Shown here: one piece after another, positions 58,206-64,000 of the stretch
Position numbering within the stretch: position 1 is the first letter of the stretch
Layout: the number at the start of each line of letters is the position of its first letter
NCBI GenBank assembly: GCA_050949565.1
Contig: JBMNFY010000017.1
Span: 1,760,001-1,824,000 of the forward strand
DNA: 64,000 nt
DNA from: Kiritimatiellia bacterium
Lineage (GTDB): Bacteria; Verrucomicrobiota; Kiritimatiellia; RFP12; UBA1067
Reading direction: 5' to 3'
Translations under genes and position numbers: made by a program
Notes under the pieces: model-generated
Database searches by the model: none
Seen by the model: the letters and a program-made list of their open reading frames with translations, nothing else
Told to the model about the DNA's origin: nothing

Positions 58206-60092
58206 TCATTCGCTCTTGAACCATTCGCGCAGCAAACGGCCGATGATCTGACAGCCGCGCTCGTTGGCGTGGACGGCGTCGCCCATGAACCAGCCATAGC
58301 ATTTGCCGCTCTCCTGGATGTAGCTCCACCAAGGGCCGGTCATATCGAAAAACGCGCAGCGCTCTTCGGCGGCCACCTTCATCAGGTTGTGCCGGAAATT
58401 GTTGGTCGATGTATCGATCTCACGCGTGAAGCTCTTGATGTGTTCGTCGCGCATAGCGCCGAAGACCGGCGTCAACAGCAGGAACTCGGTGTCGGGGCGT
58501 GCAGCGCGGACCTGCCGCACCACGTCGCGTATGGCCTCGGCGTCGCCGCGATTGGAGATGCCGCCGATCAACACGAGGTCGGGCTCGTGACGTAGCACAT
58601 ACTCCTGCACGCGGTTCTCTTCGCGGTAGTAGGTGCAGCCGGTGGAACTGCGCAGTGACGCGATCTTGATGATCTTCGCGCTGGGATAGTCGCGCATCAG
58701 CAGCAGTTCGAAAGAGGAGGCGGAGGTGTTGCCCATGATGCTGTCGCCAAGCAACACCATGCGCAATGTGCCGCCGCCGCGCAGGGTGGCGAGAGTTTTG
58801 GGCAGATGCTCGAAACGCTTCGGCGGCGGTGTGTAGGTGATCGGGTCCATCGCAGCGTAGATGGCGTCGATGCGCTGCAGCGTGTTCAAACCGGCGAAGG
58901 CATCCTTGACCGTGCCGTTGAGCAGGAAGCCGCCGATGCGCGCAATGCCGGGCGAAGCGGTCTTGAGTGTCAGCGTGTGCTCGGCATTACGGTCGAGACC
59001 GCTGGCCAGCGCGATTGGGCGCATGGCGGGTGCCGTCGCGTCCCGAGGCGACGCGAGTGTCTGAAACGGAGCGCCGTCCACGGCATAGGCCAGCGCCGCT
59101 CCGTCTGGCGCGGCCACGTCGATCAGGCCGATCTCCGAGCCTTTGAAGGCGAGCGTCAAGGTGTCGCCGACGCGCTCCGAAACCAGCACGTGGCGGAACG
59201 GCGGCACTGGACTGGTCTGCCCCGGCCGCCAAGAACCTTCGCGTTGCACCGCCGGATGTTCATAGGCCACGATGCGTCCGTTGTCATCGCTTTCCGCAAA
59301 GAGCGGCGCGGGCAACTTGACGGGCGTCGGTTTTTCGGGAACCGTCTTGGCCGCGATCAATGCGTCGACGAACGCCGTGACAGCCTCGGCATAGAGCCGC
59401 GCGCCGGCGTCGGTAGGGCGGATGCCATCGGTGGAGAAAGCCTCGAAACTGATTTGACCGGCCTTGATCTTGTCGGCGGCATAGCGTGCGAGGTTCAGGC
59501 TGGGCACGTCGTAGTGGTCGGCGAGTTGCTCACAGATGCGGATATACTCCGGAACACGGTCGGCACGATAATCGGCGAGCAGTTCGGGGGTCAGGGTGTA
59601 GACGAGGATCCGGCTGTGGGTGGCGCGGTAGAGCGTGATCTGGCGCAGCAGACCTTCGAGCGCGAGCGCGGCCTGCGCGGGCTTCGTCTCTCGGTCACCC
59701 GCTGCGAAATCGAGAATCGCCAGATGGCCGCTGCAGATCACCTCACCGAAGACCGCTTGCCCGCGGCTACAGCGGTAAAGGCCGAACCAGCTTCCACCGG
59801 GCTGCATGTGACGCGTCTCGATTGGGTTGGCGTTAGGGTAGTGGCGTTTGAAGGCTTGCGTCATCTGTGTCGAGTAACGCAGGCTCTGATCCTTAAGACC
59901 CGCGCCCGACAAAACCTCATTGCCGATGAAAAAGAGATACTGGTTGCCGACCTTGTCATTCTTGAAAAAGTACTGGCTGTTAGGAATGCCGCCGCGTATC
60001 TTGAAATAGTCCGCCGCCTCCACCCCGCCGCACATACCCAGCAGACATCCCGCTACACACATGCGTATCAACTTCATCATTCTGTCGTTCAT
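58206..60092 (-). CDS. Secreted two-domain SGNH/GDSL hydrolase with a degenerate N-terminal domain
   Basis: C-domain LLGDSI..GGISN..DAVHAN; N-domain has FIGNEV and DGIRP in place of GDS and DxxH. Confidence 0.7.
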   Translation of the reverse strand: MNDRMMKLIRMCVAGCLLGMCGGVEAADYFKIRGGIPNSQYFFKNDKVGNQYLFFIGNEVLSGAGLKDQSLRYSTQMTQAFKRHYPNANPIETRHMQPGGSWFGLYRCSRGQAVFGEVICSGHLAILDFAAGDRETKPAQAALALEGLLRQITLYRATHSRILVYTLTPELLADYRADRVPEYIRICEQLADHYDVPSLNLARYAADKIKAGQISFEAFSTDGIRPTDAGARLYAEAVTAFVDALIAAKTVPEKPTPVKLPAPLFAESDDNGRIVAYEHPAVQREGSWRPGQTSPVPPFRHVLVSERVGDTLTLAFKGSEIGLIDVAAPDGAALAYAVDGAPFQTLASPRDATAPAMRPIALASGLDRNAEHTLTLKTASPGIARIGGFLLNGTVKDAFAGLNTLQRIDAIYAAMDPITYTPPPKRFEHLPKTLATLRGGGTLRMVLLGDSIMGNTSASSFELLLMRDYPSAKIIKIASLRSSTGCTYYREENRVQEYVLRHEPDLVLIGGISNRGDAEAIRDVVRQVRAARPDTEFLLLTPVFGAMRDEHIKSFTREIDTSTNNFRHNLMKVAAEERCAFFDMTGPWWSYIQESGKCYGWFMGDAVHANERGCQIIGRLLREWFKSE

Positions 60093-60158
60093 ACTCCTTC
60101 CTCCAAACCTTTTCGCACAATTCGCGGTTAAAACCAAATCTCGGCTCCCCGTTATTAG

Positions 60159-60611
60159 TTATTCACTATTCGTTATTAACTCAACCGTGACCGGCCCGTC
60201 GTTGAGTAGGCGCACTTTCATCTCCGCGCCGAAGACGCCGGTGCCGACGCGTGACGCGCCGAGTGCGTCGCGCAGGTGGCGCACGAGTGCTTCGTAGAGC
60301 GGCTCGGCATGCTCTGGACGCGCCGCCGCCACGAAACTGGGGCGGTTGCCTTTGTGTGTATCCGCATACAGCGTGAACTGCGAGACCACGAGAACCGAAC
60401 CGCCGATGTCCTGAACGGAGCGATTCATCAATCCCGCTTCATCCTCGAAGATCCGCAGCGCGGGAATCTTGCGTCCCAGCCACGCCACGTCGTCCATGCC
60501 GTCGCTGTGTGTGATGCCGAGCAACACCAACAGCCCTTGGCCGATTTCTGCCACACGCTGTCCATCCACTTCGACGGACGCCTCGGAAACACGCTGGATC
60601 AATGCTTTCAT
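60159..60611 (-). CDS. dtd: D-aminoacyl-tRNA deacylase
   Basis: [31 protein letters not shown]. Confidence 0.95.
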   Translation of the reverse strand: MKALIQRVSEASVEVDGQRVAEIGQGLLVLLGITHSDGMDDVAWLGRKIPALRIFEDEAGLMNRSVQDIGGSVLVVSQFTLYADTHKGNRPSFVAAARPEHAEPLYEALVRHLRDALGASRVGTGVFGAEMKVRLLNDGPVTVELITNSE

Positions 60612-63600
60612 CAGAGCACCGTGACCTTCAGCCCTTGCCGGTCGACATCAAAATCGAAGAAGCGTGCATGCTCGTTCGGCGGATGGGCTTCAAAACGCGC
60701 ACGGATGCGTTCCGCCGCCGCTGCGTTCTTGGCGATCATGAAGATAAAGCCTCCGCCGCCTGCTCCGGGCAGGAGCGCCGCCAGCGTCTCACGCGAGACC
60801 GAGGCGAGAAGCGCTTCGATTGATGTGTTGGTTGATCCCGGATCAATGCGTTTTTTCAATTCCCAGTAGTGCGCCACGCCAGCCGCGAAACCGTCGATAT
60901 TCCGCGCATCGAGCGCTTCTTTGGTTGCCAGCGCCGACACCTTGAGTGCCTCCACGGTTTGTAGGATCACGGGATCACGCGCGAGATAGCCGGAGACCAC
61001 GTTCTGCAGGATGTTGCGCGCCATGCGCTTCTGTCCGGTGAAGTAGAGCAGACAACGCTGCTTCAACTCGCTGCCTTCCGACATGTCGAAAACCGTCCAG
61101 CGCAGCGAGACCGTCTGATCCGGCCCCGGCTGCGTGCGGATCAATTTCACGCCCGGCACGATACCGCCGACTTGATCCTGCCAGCCACCGCCCGTACACA
61201 TCCGCTGTTCGAGAATCGACGTCATACGGATCAGGCGGTCGGTGTTGAATGGCACGCCCAACACACGGTCGAGGCAGGCAATGACCGCCGCGCCCAAGAC
61301 CGAACTCGTGCCCATGCCCGAGCCTTTTGGCAGCGCTGAGAAGATCGTGAGGTCCAGACCGCCGCCCAGTGTCTTGAGCCATTTGGCCAGAGGCTCCTCG
61401 CGCTGTGACGGACCGATGCCGGCCAGAATCAATGCGGCCTTGGCTAACGCCGCCCAGTCGTGCGGATCGTGGTGGTCGAGCAACTCGCCCGTGGTGCGGA
61501 TTTCCTTGCGTTCGCCCAGATCAATGCTCGACAGGCGGATACATCCCACCGTATTGAGTTTGGCCATGACTTGGATCGGATAGAGTCCGTTGAGCGTGAC
61601 CGCTGCATTGAGTACCGTGCCGCCGCGTTCAGTGCAGATCGGCGGCGTATCAGACCAGCCTCCCGCGAAATCGATGCGCACCGGTGTGGTGACCCATACC
61701 ACCTGATCGTGCAGGATTGCCGCTGGCCGCGGCTGCCGACAGGGCTCGAAACGCACCGCCACCGACGTCGCCACCTCAGACAGGTAAGAGGGCAGGGCGG
61801 GTACGGTGATTTGTCCGGCAAACGCCTCGCTGATCATCGTCATCAGTCGCAAGATACGCGCGCGCAACAGTGGTTCGCCCCGTGCCGCGCCGTCCAATAG
61901 GTCGGCAAGCTGCCGCAATGCGCACATCGCCTCTTCAGCGGTGTGGATCTCGTCACACACTTTAGCCGCCGGTAGCGCATCGTTCTCCAGCACACGCGTA
62001 GCCACGTTCATCAGATTCACCTGACGCCGGATCTCAGCGCGCATGGCCAACAGACGCGCGTGGTTCACGCGGGGTAGCAGCTCGGCCAAGCTGTAACGCT
62101 TCCCGCGGCCGACGATCCGGTCCGACGGCTCGACGGTATCCTCCTCCGCTGCGGCGATCCGCGCCAGCGCCACAGCTTCGGTCAGCACATCGTCCAATGC
62201 TCCCACGCGCCACAGACGCGCACGCCAGAGACCGTCGTGTTCGTCGTCGCACCACACGCGCGCGGGTTTCATGCCCACGCGCATCAGTACCTGTTCGATC
62301 GGCACGTTGAGAAAGCGACAGGGTGCCGCGCCGCCGAACGGTGTTTTGAAATCGTCGTCAAGTCCGTACGCCACTGCCGCCCAGTGGCGTGCGCCGATTG
62401 GCAGCACCACCAGCCCCGTACCCGGCGGTAACCGTATCGCCACACTCGCTTCTGGGGGCAGACCAGTCAGGATGTTCTCGCCTTCCAGTTCCAGTCCCGC
62501 GCATGCTATGGCGTGTACCGACTCCACCAGTGCATTGCCCGTCGTGAACGGGCACGCGATCCGCGCGTTGAACACAAATGCTCGGCCAGTCTCGCCGCTA
62601 CTGGTCACGCACGCGCCGCTACCGTTGGCGAATCCGTAAGTCTGTGCCGTGCGCGACAACCCCGAAAATCCCGCCAGTAGCTCACGACTGCTACCGATAT
62701 GGAAGAAATCACAGTACGGCACGATGTTGACCTGAAACGGCACCCCGCGCAACGCGCGGTAAAAAGCACGCAATCGCCGCCGGTGAGCCGCATCGTGTCC
62801 GCGCGCCGTCACAAACCGATCCAGATAACGCGCCTCGTCAAAGTGCGGCGCGGCCGCCATGGTCAGCTCTTCGTAAAGGTCCAGCGGCGGACAGTCGCCG
62901 CCGGTGATCGCATCCAACAGCGTGGGTGCCGTCCGCTTTGCACCGCTCTGTCGCCCGACGCTCAGCGCGACCAGCCGCGCGCAGACTTCGGGCGTCAGAC
63001 TGATGAGCCCGGTGTCCACTGCCACATGGCCGAGTGGATCCACCGCCCCGCATGCACGCGCCTCTGTCTCGGAGGGCTTTTGCAGAAAGTCGACGACCGG
63101 CACGCACTCCGTACGTTGCGGGTTCGCACCGAAACCAGACGGCACATACACGCCGTGCCGCGAACCACGCTCGACCGGCCCGAAGTAGGCGACGCCCGTG
63201 ATACCCGGCTGCGAAAAATCCACCGACGCATGATCGAAGGTGAGCAGCACGTCGCCGGAGGTGATCAGCACATGGCCACCCGCAGGCGCGGGCAGAGCCG
63301 ACACAGTGCGCAGGATCAAATCAAACAGCGCGAGCGGTTGCCCCGCAGGGCCTGTTGTCGGTACCGGCGTAAACACCTTGCCTTGCGCCGCGTAGGCCGG
63401 CGTACGCCGACTGTCGCCTCCCGAGTGGCAGATGAGGATGCGCCGACCGGCAAAGGCTACTTCGCCCCGGCCGTCCGCCACCTGCGCCAGCACATTCAGC
63501 GTGGCACCAAGCGAACCCACGCGGCGGCCGCCGGGATCGGTGATCACCCGCGTTTCGGTTCCCGGCGGGATCAACCCGTTCGCGCACCGCCAGGCAAGCT

Positions 63601-63673
63601 GTGCACGATATCCCTCGGCCTGCGCCTCGTTGGCTGCCGTCAAAATCAGAATGTCAAAGTTCTGCATGGTCAC
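60611..63673 (-). CDS. fkp: Bifunctional L-fucokinase / fucose-1-phosphate guanylyltransferase
   Basis: [25 protein letters not shown]; GHMP kinase [39 protein letters not shown]. Confidence 0.85.
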   Translation of the reverse strand: MTMQNFDILILTAANEAQAEGYRAQLAWRCANGLIPPGTETRVITDPGGRRVGSLGATLNVLAQVADGRGEVAFAGRRILICHSGGDSRRTPAYAAQGKVFTPVPTTGPAGQPLALFDLILRTVSALPAPAGGHVLITSGDVLLTFDHASVDFSQPGITGVAYFGPVERGSRHGVYVPSGFGANPQRTECVPVVDFLQKPSETEARACGAVDPLGHVAVDTGLISLTPEVCARLVALSVGRQSGAKRTAPTLLDAITGGDCPPLDLYEELTMAAAPHFDEARYLDRFVTARGHDAAHRRRLRAFYRALRGVPFQVNIVPYCDFFHIGSSRELLAGFSGLSRTAQTYGFANGSGACVTSSGETGRAFVFNARIACPFTTGNALVESVHAIACAGLELEGENILTGLPPEASVAIRLPPGTGLVVLPIGARHWAAVAYGLDDDFKTPFGGAAPCRFLNVPIEQVLMRVGMKPARVWCDDEHDGLWRARLWRVGALDDVLTEAVALARIAAAEEDTVEPSDRIVGRGKRYSLAELLPRVNHARLLAMRAEIRRQVNLMNVATRVLENDALPAAKVCDEIHTAEEAMCALRQLADLLDGAARGEPLLRARILRLMTMISEAFAGQITVPALPSYLSEVATSVAVRFEPCRQPRPAAILHDQVVWVTTPVRIDFAGGWSDTPPICTERGGTVLNAAVTLNGLYPIQVMAKLNTVGCIRLSSIDLGERKEIRTTGELLDHHDPHDWAALAKAALILAGIGPSQREEPLAKWLKTLGGGLDLTIFSALPKGSGMGTSSVLGAAVIACLDRVLGVPFNTDRLIRMTSILEQRMCTGGGWQDQVGGIVPGVKLIRTQPGPDQTVSLRWTVFDMSEGSELKQRCLLYFTGQKRMARNILQNVVSGYLARDPVILQTVEALKVSALATKEALDARNIDGFAAGVAHYWELKKRIDPGSTNTSIEALLASVSRETLAALLPGAGGGGFIFMIAKNAAAAERIRARFEAHPPNEHARFFDFDVDRQGLKVTVL

Positions 63674-63676
63674 TCG

Positions 63677-64000
63677 CTATTCGTTAACGATCTCGTAAAG
63701 CAGCCGTGCACCTTCCGGATGGGCGACATCGGCGGTGAAGCACAGCGCACCGTCGACCACGCGGGCAGGTACTCGGTCCAGGCGGCGTCCACTGGTCGCG
63801 AGCGCATAGACGGTGCAGGCTTCGGGATGCTGTACCTTGAGCGCGATCTCCGCCTGTCCCACGCGCACGAGATGCGGCGTCTTGCCCCACACCAGCAGGG
63901 TCTTGCGCGCTTGATCCGCATATTTGACGTGGGTGTTCTGCACATCGGTCAAGTGCGTGAGCAGCAACCGCCGGCTGCAGGTCACCGGCTGGTCGTCAAG
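63677..64000 (-). CDS. C-terminal end of a protein continuing beyond the window
   Basis: Open frame reading RRLLLTHLTDVQNT..VYALATSGRR..LLYEIVNE, stop just upstream of fkp. Confidence 0.6.
   Translation of the reverse strand, partial: LDDQPVTCSRRLLLTHLTDVQNTHVKYADQARKTLLVWGKTPHLVRVGQAEIALKVQHPEACTVYALATSGRRLDRVPARVVDGALCFTADVAHPEGARLLYEIVNE

Overview
GC-rich bacterial chromosomal window. Gene content (LamG/autotransporter-repeat protein, many Tat/Sec-exported hydrolases, fused SBP-permease, double NDK, Fkp) suggests an anaerobic PVC-group organism such as Kiritimatiellae; this taxonomy is inference. Housekeeping genes include mutS, cstA, ndk-like, fabD-fabG-acpP, ferritin, comM/yifB, dtd, fkp, tRNA-Leu(TAG) and tRNA-Cys(GCA). 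Main highlights: (1) an operon in which a glycyl radical enzyme, its radical-SAM activase and a metallo-beta-lactamase-fold hydrolase all carry apparent export signals, two of them twin-arginine, suggesting an extracytoplasmic glycyl-radical system; (2) a 49-aa peptide with its own consensus promoter followed by an HPr-kinase-like P-loop protein, a candidate RiPP-like pair; (3) an unannotated 31-aa Lys/Arg-rich ORF in front of tRNA-Cys; (4) intergenic DNA built from a shared, shuffled library of short repeat and palindrome modules, including 39-bp and 163-bp tandem arrays; (5) a 3735-bp tandem duplication whose only intact gene is dsbD; (6) an IS4-like element beside a promoter -35 box. Several single-base frameshifts are probably sequencing errors. 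No CRISPR array or rRNA was seen. All assignments come from motif reading by eye, with no database searches.
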